Shown piece by piece: positions 12,601 to 27,600 of a DNA stretch of 64,000 nt; the stretch's first letter is position 1; the number at the start of each line of letters is the position of its first letter. The stretch is from contig JAQGDQ010000171.1 of NCBI GenBank assembly GCA_030141605.1, positions 310,001 to 374,000 on the forward strand. Direction: 5' to 3'. A program made the translations under genes and the position numbers. The stretch comes from Tubiluchus corallicola. Its lineage: Eukaryota > Animalia > Priapulida. Under the pieces are notes generated by a model. The model was given only the letters and a program-made list of their open reading frames with translations, was not told the origin of the DNA and searched no databases.

Positions 12601-15600
12601 CAAGATTCCGGTTTTGTTTTGAACTATACTTCATTAGAGCAAAGGCCTACCTCATGCAGATTGGTGATTTGGTAGAATAAAATATAAAATTATTGGTATT
12701 TATAAATAAAATGTTACTAGAATTTTTTGCAGCACAGTTAAGCAAACGTAATTATATACTACAGTTCTGTTTTGTAACAAAACTTGGAGAGGTATTGCAC
12801 TGCCCCCTATAAAACAGCTGATATGCACATGTTTTCTCCTTGTTTAATGTTTATTCAAGGGCCTCTGTGACTTGGGTTACACCCTTGGGGAGGCTCGAGA
12901 TGCCAAACTGGTGTTTTAAATAAAATGAAGCCCTGTGATTCATTGCATAATTATTGCCAGAAGAATTAAGTTTTCTTATCCTGTGCACCATAAATTCGAT
13001 AATTTCTAATTTTTTTTGGAAAAGTTCTTTCTGAGAAATCCCTGTACTATTGGCTGTTAAAGCATGACATTTGTATTGACAAACATTGCTGTGTTCAGCA
13101 CTAGGAATAAATTTCTACAAGCCTGATGAGAATTTCTACAAGACTGATATCATTTATTTTTAAAAGAGGTTATATGAATGTGTATGTAGTGTCCACTAGG
13201 GGTGAGCATCGAACGTTCGAATCGAATTCGAACGAGTTTTTTAGTTTGAATTCGATTCAAACCTAAAACTATAGATTCGAATAATTCAGCACTTCAACAA
13301 TGACATACGTTCTTTATTATTAAAACAATTGCAACATCATGCATAATTTAGCTATGCTTTCTGTTCATAATTTTTGACAAATTATTAGTGGTTTCACGGT
13401 AGAACAAAATCGAATAATATGCATGATCTTTGTAAGACTAATTTTTACTGGTGGCTCGAAAATCTTTCAATCTCAGTTCGATTCGAGTCAAATTCGCTTT
13501 CTGGTAGAGATTGCTCACCCCTAGTGTACACAGCTATTTTGCAAATTTACATCTAAGTTGTAATTAGATGTCCTACCAAAATTTAATAAAAATTTAACTG
13601 AAAAATATAAAGTACATGGAAGTAGCAACTAACGATGCTGATGAATGTTTTTGTACACAAGACGATTATTGTTTGAACAGGAATTATTGACTGCAAATGG
13701 TTAGCAGATTGTGAATAAAAAACATTATGTAACATTTTCAAAAATATTCTTGATTTGATGTGACATGAAATAAATGCTAGGTGGCAAAATAGTGCATCTG
13801 TTCTGCTGACATTTTAACTCTGTTTTCCTCGTCATTTTTAAACTGAAAATGAGCACTGCAATTTTTTTTGGGAATCTTCCTATGCCGTGACTTGACGTTA
13901 TAACTTCGTAAATCCTCGCTTTGGCCAAATAAAGAAACCGAAAAGCACGATCTCATTTATAATCTTGCGCATCTTCCAGACTGACCAGCATCATAATTAG
14001 GACTTGTATGTTTGTAGGAGAACGCCCTTGTATGGTCTCAATTATAAACTTGTATCTATTCCCAGATGACTTGCATTATGGTTGGACCTTCGTATGTATG
14101 AAGAAGGGAACGTATAGGAAAATTATGCTGTATGGCCCAAGGAAATGATGTAGAGCTATGTACAGGAAAACTAACAGAGTTTAGAATCACTGCCCCGCCT
14201 TGACCTACAAATATGCTGCATCCCTTTGGGGGGCAAGATTATGAAATGACAGTTTTAAACAGCTCAATGCATACTAATAATACTGTTTTATTTTATTTTA
14301 TTAAATCTGTCCGCTGATCAAATGATACATACAATAAAAGTCTTCTGTTTGCAAAGGAAAATTATACAAAAAAATATATAGAATGCTACTTAAATAAATT
14401 AAAATTACAGTATTTAAGCATCAAAGGTCAATTAGGCAGATAATCAGTGGCAACAGCATTTTAGTAAGAGAAAGTAAAATACATTTTTAAAGCTTTTAAA
14501 ATGACACAAAATAATATAGATGATGCTAATGACAGGTTATCAATGTCTGCTGTATCAAAGTCGATTTTTACAATAATTAGTAGAGGAGGCTACAACTTTA
14601 GGCCAATTTAATAGTGATTAGAAAATGCTAACAAGAATTCATCACAAACAAGCTTTACAAATGCAATACTTAAGTAAATTAGGGTCTCTACCAGTATAAA
14701 TCTTACCAATATCTTGTGATTGTATATTCGAAACAAAATCATGAGTATTATTATAGTTAACAAGGTTACAGTCAGTAAGTGTGGTACAGGTTGCACGTCT
14801 TTAGCACAGAGGCACAAATTGTCTGACAAGTAGCCTATTTTACATAAAAAGTTCTTAAAATTGCCTTGTTCAAGTAAAATACTGACTGGTAGCATTTTTC
14901 AAGAGATCTCCAGCCTGTTGGTACAGACAATACTAATGGTGAATTAAACACCTTAGCAGCTTCAGGGGTTCCCAAACTTTTTAGATCGTTGACCCTTTCG
15001 TGGAATTCTTGATCTCTCGTCGACCCCCAGGCATGTACAAATAAAAAATAGAGCATATGAGTAAAAAAGTTAATGCATCCATGTGGAAACAGGTATTAAT
15101 ATAGCTGTCCATTGTCTTGTGATTCCAAATGATAAATTATTGTAACTATATTATTATCATTTTTTTCACTAAACGAAATATAAAATAAATCAGCAATAAA
15201 AGCTAATTATTTTTTAATTAGAAATGTGTGTCAGCAAATGATGTATTTCATGTATTTTTATTTCTTATATGAATGTCAGTTTTCGACCCCAAAACTACAA
15301 ACACCCCCCACATTTATCGATCCCTTGGATAGTCCCATCGGCCCCCAGGGGTCAATATGGACCACTTTGGAAACCCCTGCTTGAAGGCTTAACTGGATAA
15401 ACAGAAGCTACACCACACCGAAGCCTGTTGGGTCATTGTATAATACTATGTATACTCATAATCTTATGAATATTGCCAAATTTAACACAATTGCATAAAT
15501 TTTGTGTATTAAATAAGTGTATTTAAATTAGTACCTAGGCATTTTTGTCAATAAGCCAGTAAGGCTGCATTCACACAGGATGTCTTTAATGTGAACACTT

Positions 15601-18600
15601 AAAGAAATTTTCAGTTGATTATTTAAAAAACAATAGGCGAGTTTCGGACAACTTCAAAATAATTCCATTGTATGTCTTGTTAAGAAAACTGCATAATTTT
15701 GTTTAGCTTTAAATTAAAGTATCATTTGAGAGATAGCTCGTGTGAAGTCGCGAACCTGCTAGACGGGAATTGCTGATTAATCACTCAGTAAACAGCTTCG
15801 TGTACCAAGGCTAAATGGTTCAAGAAGTCCTTGTAATTTTTTCCATTTTTGCACTTTTCATTTTCATTGCATTTTTGTAGTGAAACTAGAACTATATTCA
15901 TCTTTTATTAGGTTTAAAATAAAAAAATGATTCTGTACAAGGTAGACTTGTAAGCTTTAAAACTATATTCAACTCTTGAATTTTCACCTGTTTACTTGCT
16001 TTAGATGTTGTCACCTGTCTACTTGCTTTAGTTTTTGATATCATCATCATCATCATCAAGTTTTCTTAAATTTTGATGGACTGTCAACTTGAGAACTTAC
16101 TTGTATGACTTACCTGACTTCTAAATTTTCCTTTCAAAAATTCACAATAATCTGTCTTTAAGTTTATTTGTCTTTAGTAAATATTATTTGGCTTTGTATT
16201 ACAGAACATGGAAATCGTTCCTGTCCCGCAAGAATTCTATGGACAGTTTTACGAAGGCGACTCTTACATATTACTTAAGGTAATTTTGGAATTTTGTTTC
16301 AGTCATATTATACCAACTGTCATCGCCTACCGAATTTTTTGTTCAAATTGTAGCTGCAAGTTAAATTCAAATATTGTAAGTCAACTTATTATTAGTATAG
16401 TTTTTCATTACTTATCTACAAATAAAATTTGCGACTCATTATTAGTATAGTTTATTTCTTTACTTATCTACAAATAAAATTTGTGACTCATTATTAGTAT
16501 AGTTTATTTCTTTACTTATCTACAAATAAAATTTGCAACTCATTATTAGTATAGTTTATTTCTTTACTTATCTACAAATAAAATTTGCAACTCAATATTA
16601 GTATAGTTTATTTCTTTACTTATCTACAAATAAAATTTGCAACTCATTATTAGTATAGTTTATCTCATTACTTGACTACTAATAAAATTTGCAACTCAGT
16701 GCGTAGGTTTAACTACATGAGTCCTGTTCAATTTATTTTCTCTACAATGTCAAGTAAAAACGTTTGTAAAATTCGTACCAGCTGAGATAACATAATAACC
16801 TAGTTCCTTTTTATTTTCTTTTAGACCCGACAAGTTGAAAATAAACTGGAATGGGATATTCATTTCTGGCTTGGATCTCAGACCTCCATAGTAAGCTGTT
16901 TTAAATTGCTCATCCTCTGCAATATCATTTGGTGTTGGCAGATGAAATATTCTTGATAGTCTAGCAAAATAATCAGTGTGTACGTTAGCTATTGTTCTAA
17001 GGCTTAAAGGACAAGAAAAGGGGTACCTGAAGTAGGTTTCAGAAAAATCGCTTTAAAAAATTAAATTACTTTACGGCAATTTTACGCATATACTTACTTA
17101 CGTTAAAAGAAATTTTCATTAGTTTTCATTTTAAATCAATACTGTTCCGACCTCGCCATTACATGACGTCACTACGCTCAACGTAAAACAGGGGAAGAAA
17201 AGACAATGTTAAATTATGTCCCAAAAACTTTCCATACAAATCTATATTAATTAGCATTTCGCTTAACTGCTGGAAAAACTGATGTAACTAGAAATAATAA
17301 TTTAAAATGCTCGTGCCAATTGGTGAAATGTTGCAGGTTCACTCTCCACGGTGCGCCACTCACTAACTAAAAACGTATTTTTAATCTTATTGGCAAGATA
17401 CAGTAATTTAAAATTTTACTTAGTTAGTAACATGTGTGCTATGAATGCTCTGATTATTTTTTCAAACTTCACTCAGTGTTAACTAAACTTGTTTCAAACG
17501 ACCTACCATTAAAATATGGCATAATGGGGGTGGGGTCAGGTGAGTCAGCGAGCCCCTAAAGCTGGCGGGTGGAGTTCAGAGCACCATAACTACACATTAT
17601 ACTGATCATTGATCACAATATCATATATATTGATATTGTATGAAAAACAGGGTTGGAACGTGGAAAGTTTGAATTAAAAATTATATATTATACATATGTG
17701 TGCATGTATGTTTATGAAAGATAACACGCTGAATAGAGGAGCATTGAATGATCCATACTACTTGATTCTTGGGCCTAGCCTCTTAAGCCAGTGTGACAAT
17801 AGCTAATATCAGGTAATTTACCGTACTACTGAATGAGGCAGAGAACAGAAATTTCCGGCATTCCTTAGGGTATTAATTATAAAGTTACAATTTCCAAACC
17901 CCTCACTCTAGGTTAGAAAGCCTGATCCGGGCGAGGGCAAATGACCCGTTTGATCACACCATGAGACAACCCGTCAGTGGATGGCCATGTTTCCCTGCTT
18001 TTAAGTAAACTTGCATAAGTCATTTTCGTTTGTAAAAAGGATGAGCAAGGTGTCGCTGCTTACAAAACAGTCGAACTTGACGATTCTCTTGGTGGTGCAC
18101 CTGTGCAGTACAGAGAAGTTCAATTCCACGAATCCAAGAAGTTCATGTCGTATTTCAAGAAAGGTGTTAGGTGTGTATAATTATAATGATTTTTAATTCA
18201 ATTGTTAATAATGTTTAATTATGTTAAAAAGAGCAAACTTTCAAGACAGTATAGGCCATCAGCACATTATCTGCTACTTCTGCCCACATATCACGCAGTT
18301 TTGTATCACAAATATTGCACATTATCTGCTACTTCCGCCCACACATCATGCAGTTTTGTATCATAAATATTGCACATTATCTGCTACTGTAACTGGTTTT
18401 ATGACCTTTGTAGTTTTATACAAGCACGGAGTACCTCGGAAAATTATTACTTACTGTAACTTCAATTGTTCGATTTAAATGCAAAAAAACTTTAAGTGTA
18501 AAAGAAAGTGTTGATTTATAGTTTACAGTTTTATGGTGTTTCCACTTTAGCTAATTGATTAGACTGCTATGTTTCATATTAGTATAATAATTCTGAACGT

Positions 18601-21600
18601 GGAACATTTCTCGCAATCAAAAACAATGTGTTACATATAATTGAACCTGTGCAGTTTGAAAATCTTGTTTATTCTGTCAACAATGAAAAGAGCTACTATT
18701 GTCAATTTGTACATCCTATTTTTCTGCTTACGCTCTACTGTTTTTTGTGCTGTTACTTCTTCTCTGCCTTTACTTTTTGCTGGTTCCATTTAGCTGATCA
18801 GCACAATGGGTTAACCATGGTTCTCACTTGCACAAAATTATATCTTCTACGAGTTTTAGCTTCACTTGTACAATGTTTTCCATTCCTTAGTCTTAAAGCA
18901 TGTACACCCAAATTAACACTTCTGTATTTTTGTAGGCAACCTTAACAAGTTTTATTAAATAATGTTAGTTTCTTTTTTCTAAAATTTTTCAATTCAGTAT
19001 TTCATTTAACTGGTTTTGTCGTTTAGTAGCACAATTTTGGTAGCTCCTGTTGTGCTGCCATTTGTCCAGTGAATTGCAGTACTTAAACAATGCGTATCTG
19101 CATATTTACAGAGCCAATTTTGACGGAAACTAAATATTTATATAGCAGTAACTGGGCCTCTCCTCTTTGCAGGCAGTGTTTGTGTTGTATTCTGATTAGA
19201 GTGTTATTCTGATTTTTGTGCTTTCTGATGGTTTGAGGCAGACATTATGCTTTTAGGTGGCTACCTTATTTAATTATACAATTGATGCTTTATTTGCCAG
19301 AATACTAAGATATGTAAATCAGTAATTACTCTGTGCATTGGCTTTCTGTTCTAGACCTTATTTTGCTTAGGAGTATCATAGTACATGTGAATCTAAAAAT
19401 TCTTTCTTGATCTTTTTCCTTTGTTCTTTGTAGGTACCTTAAAGGTGGCATCGCATCAGGATTTAAGCATGTTGAACCAGAAGTTCACGAACCTCGTCTG
19501 ATGCAATGTAAAGGCAAGCGTAACATCCGTGTTAGCCAGGTGTGTCTTTACAAAAATAAAATTTGTATTTGTTTTGTAATTTTCCTACTAATTATTTGTT
19601 ACTAATTAAATTAACTACCTTCTTAAGAGTTGACATGAATTCACTTCAATTCAGCTTTATTTTCTCGTCATTAGTTAGATTGAACAATTATATGTGACAA
19701 TTTCAGCATAACTTTGAGAAGGGCCGTAAAAGACCTGTTGGTCACTTAATCAAGTGCCCCTTGTTAAACTTAAAAGTTTACTTGCAGGACAAAACATTTT
19801 TGGGTGATTATTAGCTATAGTATAAAAAATACAGTATTAACATAAATTTGGAATGTTAATTTTTGCTAGTAGCAAAAATACTTTTGTGGACAAAATTTCT
19901 AGTCAAAATTTTAAATAATATAGAAGTAAAATTACAACTATAGTGGTCACATGAAGAACTGAAACACATTTATCATTCGGGTAATAATAATGATAATGAT
20001 AATGATAATAATTAAAGCAAAAAACAAAAACAGTAATCTCCAAGATGCAATGCAAATAGCAAATCAATAAACATAAATGTCTCATATCAAAGAAATAAGC
20101 AAATCCTAGTTCAATTTGAAAGCAAACACAAAATGCTTATAACAAACAAAAAGCAAAAAACAAGAAGTCAATTCAAAAGCACAAAACAAAAGTCAACTAA
20201 AGCAAAACAAAACAAAGGGCAAACAAAAAAAGTAGTTCAAAGTAAAAGGCAAAAAAGCAGCTTGTAATTCATGCTTTTTATCATCCTATGTGGTTTGTCC
20301 ATCAATTTGTTTGTCCATCAATTAAGTTTTTTTTAAAAACAGTTGTAAAAGCATTTATACAAATTACCTCAAACACTAACAGATGGTTTCTCAAATTTTT
20401 CTAATAGTCATGTGGAAAATAAAAATCATCATTTACTGATACAACAAAAATACTTTTAATCTAGCCTCTGTGGATTAAACAGCTAGCACTGTTTACACAT
20501 TGTGTTGTTCTGTGTTATCAGTGGTTAAATCTTTGGTTCAAAAAATGAACCAAATTTAATCGTTGCCTAATGATTTTAAACTAGAGCTTTTATCAAAAAT
20601 AAACTAAAAGTTTTTTTTGAAATTAAGTAAACTAAAAGTTTGTTTTTTCAAATTAAATAATCTGAATTCTGCTGTTGTGATAAATAACAATACTTTACAG
20701 CCATGCATGTGCTATTTGTCAAAAGAAACTAAATTTTGTACTAGAACAAGTTGTGCAGCATTCATTTTTCTGCAGATTTTAAAGGGCATAGTTATTTTTC
20801 ATTGTCACGATCAAAGCTAATTATCACACTTTCGGCTAGTAATAACAGTGTACTTACACACAAGAACTATTTATCACACAAAACGTCATTGATGTCCATC
20901 AAACTACACTATTAAAATCCATTTAGTTTGCACAGGACCTTTCACAGGACAAAATGTATTTGAATGTTATCCATTTTTGTGTCAATGAATCGTATTGAAT
21001 TTAAAATCATTTCCTGCCATTAGTGTGTTAACAATATGCTTGCACTCTTATAACAGCAACTGTAAGTAACAGTCATACGTTGTCAAAAAACTCGAGCTTG
21101 TTTGTTGGTTGGAGAAATGTACACAGTATTTTTAGGTTTAATTTATTTTCTCAGAACTGCTACTCCCTATACAATATATTTTGGCAGTTAAATCAAAAAT
21201 AGTTTTGTCTAGTGAACAACTTGTGTAAGCTACTCCCTGGTGTTTCAATGCCAGATGGGTTGTAAGCATAATATTGTACGAGAGTTCTAATTTTAGCTTT
21301 CCTTAATAGTGAAGACAGGAAACTGCTGCTTACATTCAACAAGCTGCCATGTTTGCAATTAAACGAATGCAGCAGCTGAGCTGATTTCATTTTCCAGAAT
21401 TTCTCTGCTCACCCTTTGCAAACTATGGGAAAAATCGAGATTTTTTTCTGGGAGAATTCAGTCAACATTATTCTCTATGTTTTAGAAACGTCATGCAAAT
21501 GTGGCTTAATTTAACCTGTGAAGACTGTAAGCAAATAAGAAATTTACTAATAATTTTATGCCAGTGCATAGTCTGGGGCCTATCAGAAATTAATGCTAAT

Positions 21601-24600
21601 TTAATCTAGATGGCACTTTATTATTTTCCATATGCTTTTGCAGTGGTTCTCTTAAATCTTGTAAAATTTAAGAGGTCCACTAGTTCGTCCTTCATGTAAT
21701 TATCATAAACTTGCATAAAATGTCGGGTCACCAAAATCAGAATTGGGGAATTTCTGTTTGCCTTTCTGGGGTTCTTTTTGAGACATGCAATGTTTTTGTG
21801 TTGCTCGATAAGCCCTGCAATTTAACTATTGAGCCTTATATTGGCTTTACACACAAATCTACTTGAGGCAAGATAAATGGCTAAGTGGTCATGTGTATTT
21901 CACGACTGAACTAAATCATGACGAGGCTAGTCAGTGAATGGCTGAGTTCAGTACTTGCTCTTGCCAATTTCATTTGCCATGCTGATACTGGCTGTTTATC
22001 TGATTAAGAGAAGACGGAATTACACATTGAAGTGTGGCTAAGATACCTCAGCGGGTATAGTGAGTCATCCTAGATGGTTACCTTGATAATGAAACGGCTT
22101 CTGATCTCACCTCGGACCTGCTGTTGAATGCTGGATTCTGGCCAAATAAACAAACAAATGACACCGATTCTTTTTTAACGTTTTAACGGGCATTTTTAAT
22201 ATTAATTTTACCTCTTTTTGCTGAAAACTGAATAATTTTAATTTTTCAGGTCGACTTGGGCTGCGATTCCCTAAACAATGGTGATGTGTTTATCTTGGAT
22301 ATTGGTGACACGATATATGTGTGGTTTGGACCCGAGTCTGGCCGTTTGGAGCGGCTAAAGGTTATTATTTTGACTGCCTTTGTTAAAATGCAAAAATTGT
22401 GCTTTTTGAAGAATTCTTTGAAATCATTTGAATACAAGTCTTATATTTTGACACACTAGAAGACAAAAACTGTAAAATGAGAAAATATATTTATGGAAAT
22501 TGAGTTTTATTGACAAGACATGATTTTCTTTGATGCGGCATATCATTCTTGTTCCGTCAGTAATTTGTTTCTGAAGTTAAGTAGCATTAAATCCATTGAG
22601 GACTGGAATAGATTAGTGTACTAGTTTGTAGTTAATGTTTTTAAGTCTGAATGTAGTACCTTGAACTACAGATGAATTGTTTTTAGAGCCATCTTTGGAT
22701 CTTATAAATTCCCTCAATATATTCATTGTAACAGTGCTTCAGCCACGTTGATGCCGCCTGGCCATTTCAACATTGATTGGAAATAAAGGTGTAGATGATG
22801 TTAGCTAGAAGACTTGTTTTGCACTGAATAGCAATAAGACATTGACAACAAATGCACCAAAACTTTAACACTGGTCAAAATTCTGGCATTGAACTTGATC
22901 TTTCATTTTCAGGGTACTCAAGTAGCAAATGGCATTCGAGATGATGAAAGGGCAGGGAGAGCAGACGTGGTTATCTTGGGTAGGTTTACCCTTTTTCTTA
23001 GCTTAGTATTTTCATGTGTTAGTGCAACTGGTGGTTTTATACATTATGGTTGGTTCTGTGTTTTGTGATGAAAGATAATGGTATTTTGGCACTACCACCT
23101 TGGCATTAGAGAGTCCATTCAACAATAAGGCTTTTCACAGTTCCAGTGTTTGATGGTGATCGTGAATAGGTCAAAGGTTAAGTGTACCAGACAACGGATT
23201 TATGTACACTTGACAACGCCTCGCAGCCCATGCTATTGTAATAGTAACTGTTTTAACAGCTAGCTAGAACCTTGCCTAGTTCATTTTTTCTTGTTCCCTA
23301 GCAACATCCTGCTAGAAAAATCACTCTACTGACAGACTAATGCATAATTAACTAAAGTCCACAACTGAAGTTACTAAGCTGATACGGCAGACAGTTTTTC
23401 TTTACCCACATGTAGACGCGTTGCTGTGGTACACTTAACCTTTGACCTACAGCAACTACGCGTGTCCGCAACGAAACTGTGAAAAGGCTTATTGTGTGCA
23501 TACTTACGCGAAGTCAAAATCTGTAGAGTCTTGTTAGATTTGCTCGTCCAAACAGCGAAACTGCGAAAACTCTTATTGCAGAATGCTTTTCTATGATTGT
23601 GGGAAAGGAACTGACGTCATTCTATCATCAGAATGATCGTAGATTAGAATCATTTGAGCGTGTTCTACAATCGTAAGCTGATTGTAGATTTTTTTATAGT
23701 CAGCATCGACAGTTTCTGCACAAGTTGGAACTAGGCAGCACCAACACGTGTACATTATTTTGTAATTGTATGCTTTGTCTCATTGCATAATGTCTAAAGT
23801 ATTTGAATCTTTTAAATTGTTTAAATATTCGTCAATAGAGCAAGTGTGATTGTAGCAAAACATCCTGGGCATGATTCTGACTGTGATTGTTGTGATGTCC
23901 TTTCAGAATCAGAATTTTTCGCTGTTTAAATGTAGCGGAAACTCTCTATTAAATTGTTTAGTGTCAATTTTGACTTACAATTATATTACTGAAATGTTAT
24001 AAGCCTCATGTGGTTCTTTTGTTTAAAAACTTGGTTGTTAGATAAACCTTGACTTTATTTACTTTGACTGTCCCTTATCCTTTTTCACACTTTAACAACG
24101 TTACCTTGAGACCTTGTGATTACGATGTTTTTCTTATTTGTAACGAATGTGCCATTGTAGTAATTAGTCTTTGAAAGTGTCAGTTGTTGTGTGTAGTTGA
24201 TTTGTTTAAAGGATTTACGTTCAGATAACAAGCTGCTTATAATGTCTATATTGTCTTTAACTCCTTCAGGACCGCACCATTCAAAATAGGTCTTATAAAA
24301 CCTATGATGTTTCTGTAACTATAAGAGTGTAGACAATAGACATGACTAAATGATTACAAATTAGTTACTGTTCTGTTCAAAAGAATCTTGGCCATCCAAT
24401 CTTCTATTTGTTAAAACATTTAGAAGTGATTTAATTGGATAAAATTAAGAAAAATATTCACTTTTCAGGCACTCCAACTTAGCTTATTGAGTAACTTAGT
24501 CTGGTTTACACTTGCGTGATCGTACACACTATTTTATTGATCGCCTGCTTGCTACAGCTCAAGAGAACATTCTGCTGTGCTGAGTTCCAGGAAAACCAAC

Positions 24601-27600
24601 CGATTAGCCAAAGAGAAATTAATGTCGTGTCATCTTTTTGCAGGAATTTCTCCTTAAAAATAGAATAGACTTGAGTCCAAAGTGTATCAGAGTGTTGAGT
24701 CTTGATAGTTAAAATTTTCTGCATTAGCGGGTTTCATACAAGTAATACTGCACATTGTTATAGCACAAACACTGCAGTTACTGGAATTTTTCCAATTTAA
24801 TCGTCAAAAGTCGATGTTTAATTCGTTTGAGATAAGCAAATGCATTTCTTATGTAATTTTGCATGAACATCCGTTGTGTGGGGAGCAGAAACCTACAAAA
24901 ATTATCAAATATAACATTATTGCTGCTTAGTGAGAGCAGTTTTTATGGACCCGTGCAAAGGCTTACGGTCCTGAAGGAGTTATTGCCCTCAGTACTATCA
25001 ATATGAGTAGTGCTATTACTACTGTAAAATAGCATTTGCTTTTTTTAATGGATTTTACTTTGATTGTTGGTTTCACGTATAAATCTTTATTTATTAGTTG
25101 CGTATATGTTTTACAGATGGCACCAGCAATGATGAAAGATTTTTTGAAGTTCTTGGCGGTCGTGGCGAAATCAAGTCCGCAGAGGAAGGTGGTTTGGACG
25201 ATGATGAAAACATGCGCATCACTAAAGCACAACAAGCTCTGTATAGGTAATTCTTTTATCCGTAACTCTAGTGATACGTTTGTGTGTTGGCCTGTATACT
25301 AGTAAGCATGAAGCAGTTTTTGAATTGCAGTTGTGGAATGTTTTGTGATCTGTAAATGTATATTATTACACTTCTATTTCTACAATCAAAATCATTTTCA
25401 TAAATGTATGTGGGGCATGCTTGATACGTTTCTTATGTACATAAGTACAAATGTTTTAGTTTTAGTATATTTTCAAACTTTTTAAAACCATAATTCTTTG
25501 ATAACCTACTGTGTATAAAACAGCTGCAGTGCGAATGTGAGTGTAACATGGACAGTAATAACCAGTGGTGGCTCGTGTGTAGGTTCTGTAGAACTGCAGC
25601 AAACCCCCTATTTTCACTCAATAATATTCAGTATGGTGAGTCTTTTTTTCTTTAATTCTTTCTTTGTACTTGTACGGAATTAGAGCACGTAACAGAAGTG
25701 TCTAGCAAAATGGTATTTGGCTGTTGTGTGCATATGACCAGAGATGAGGTGCTGCACACTAGATAGAGAGAGCACTGTCGCTCACGCAGTGTGTGTTGTC
25801 AGTTGTCATGTGCCTAAAAATCGTTACCAGCATATTCTTGAATGTGATAAAGTTTAGAATTAGATTTTGACTCGGCATGAATTGTACTTAAAATTTAAAT
25901 AATTTCATCATGGCCACCTTGCATCCCCGAGAAATAAGTTCTGTGATTGTAAGTGAACTTCAACAGCTTAAGTTTTCGCAGTTGCCTCTCCATGAGAAAG
26001 TTGCAGTTATTGTTTATGTATAAATGTTCATATGTTTGTTTGTTTAAAATTACAATTACAAATTACAACATTAAAATTATATTGTTTCGTTTTACACACT
26101 ATTAAAACAACGGCTAAAAATTTTCTGAAAAGAGCACCCCCACTAATTTTAGCTACGAGCCGCCACTGGTAATAACAAAAAATCCATTGTTCTGTGAGAG
26201 TTTGGATCTGTCTTGTTCTGCATTTGAAAATAATAGACTTAAGCTTGATGTGTTTTGAATAATAGTAACGTGTGACCTTCTATCACTTGCACTTGATAGT
26301 ATAATCAGTGTATTTTGAAAGAATGATATTTGAAGTTAAGATAGCATTAACTAGCATTGTATTAAAATTTTATTTTAACTTTCAAACAGACTACCAGCTA
26401 TGTTGAAGGAGGGGTAAGTTTGAATTTATCAAAAACGGCCATTGCACTAATGTTAGTTATTTTATTTTTGTTTATTTTTGCACTTTAGTGAGCAACTAAC
26501 AGTTTACGCAATTTTAACGTTTACCCTTTAACGTTTACCCTTTGTTTGTGTTTACATAAAATACTGTAGTTTTTATTCACAGGCTGAGGTTGTTTGTTGG
26601 TGATTAGTTTGCATGTGCTTATTATAAATATTATATTTTTAATTACGTGTACATTTAAATATAATTTATTTATTGATTACCTGTGAAGTTTGTAGCACCC
26701 GCTATATTACTTTTAATGGCACACATCTTTTCTTTTGCACTTTGTCAATGAAACTGAGATATATTTATTTTCATCACAGATGTTTTTAATGTATATCGTT
26801 AACCAATAAAAAGTTTTCGTAGCAGCATAGTTTACATGATACAGTGTTACAAATAAATGATTTCTGAGCAGAGTTGCACCGTATAAATGTTTTAAAAAGT
26901 AGTCATTTTGTTTGCAACTTAATTGACGGTACAATTGTAATCAATTTATTGCTCATACTAGGCATAATGTATATGAGAAACGTTTTGTGGGCACCTAAAA
27001 TCATTGTCTGGGACAATACATACATCTTTGTGCAAGTGTTAAGATCCGTGTTCTACCTTCTTTTAAGTTACACCATGAAACAATCCAGGATAAAAGTGTT
27101 GCTTAATGTAAAAAACAACTAAAAATTGATGACTCAATTAAAAATTGGTTTATGTCTTAAACTCTAAAGTATTTACCAGCTTGTTTGATGTGAAATTAGC
27201 ACTGTACAAGCTTAGACAATTGTTGTGACAAAGAGCATTGTACGGTTGCTAGTCCAGTGCAAAAATGCAATCAATTGCTGCATTTTTAGTATGTTACATT
27301 AACAGTCCTTACTCATAGTCTGGTCCTATGCAAATTATTATGCTTTTACGCGTTACTAAGATTACACTTATCCTACTCCTGTGTTATTAGATTTCACCCA
27401 AGAAAACATTGTAAAAATCAAAACAGTTCTAATTATGTTATACTAAACAGTAGTGAATTTATAGAGTTTCCGATGCCAGTGGACAACTAAAGGCGGTCAA
27501 AATTGCAGAGGGAGCACTCACTCAGGATCTGCTTGACTCTAAAGTAAGTATTATTGTATGCTGTATGCAAATTACCTTGTAATGAAATGAACTCAAATAA

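Noticed and set aside
9635-16204. Signal-peptide exon for a secreted gelsolin isoform in intron 1
   Set aside because: No convincing hydrophobic exon with matching splice sites was seen; the intron is mostly TE debris. RNA data are needed to exclude it fully.
10216-16699. 41-bp and 52-bp repeat arrays as CRISPR arrays
   Set aside because: Units are directly adjacent with no unique spacers, the context is a eukaryotic intron, and there are no cas genes.
18715-18950. Extra cassette exon after the long pyrimidine tract in gelsolin intron 4
   Set aside because: Candidate segments introduce stops or frameshifts, or have only weak donors.
19990-20260. A-rich CAAAA/GCAAA stretch as a structured repeat or coding region
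   Set aside because: Low-complexity sequence with no stable period or credible reading frame.
23907-24270. Alternative exon 8-like segments in gelsolin intron 7 (ESEFFAV*, GPHHSK*)
   Set aside because: In-frame stops within a few codons and no good donor.
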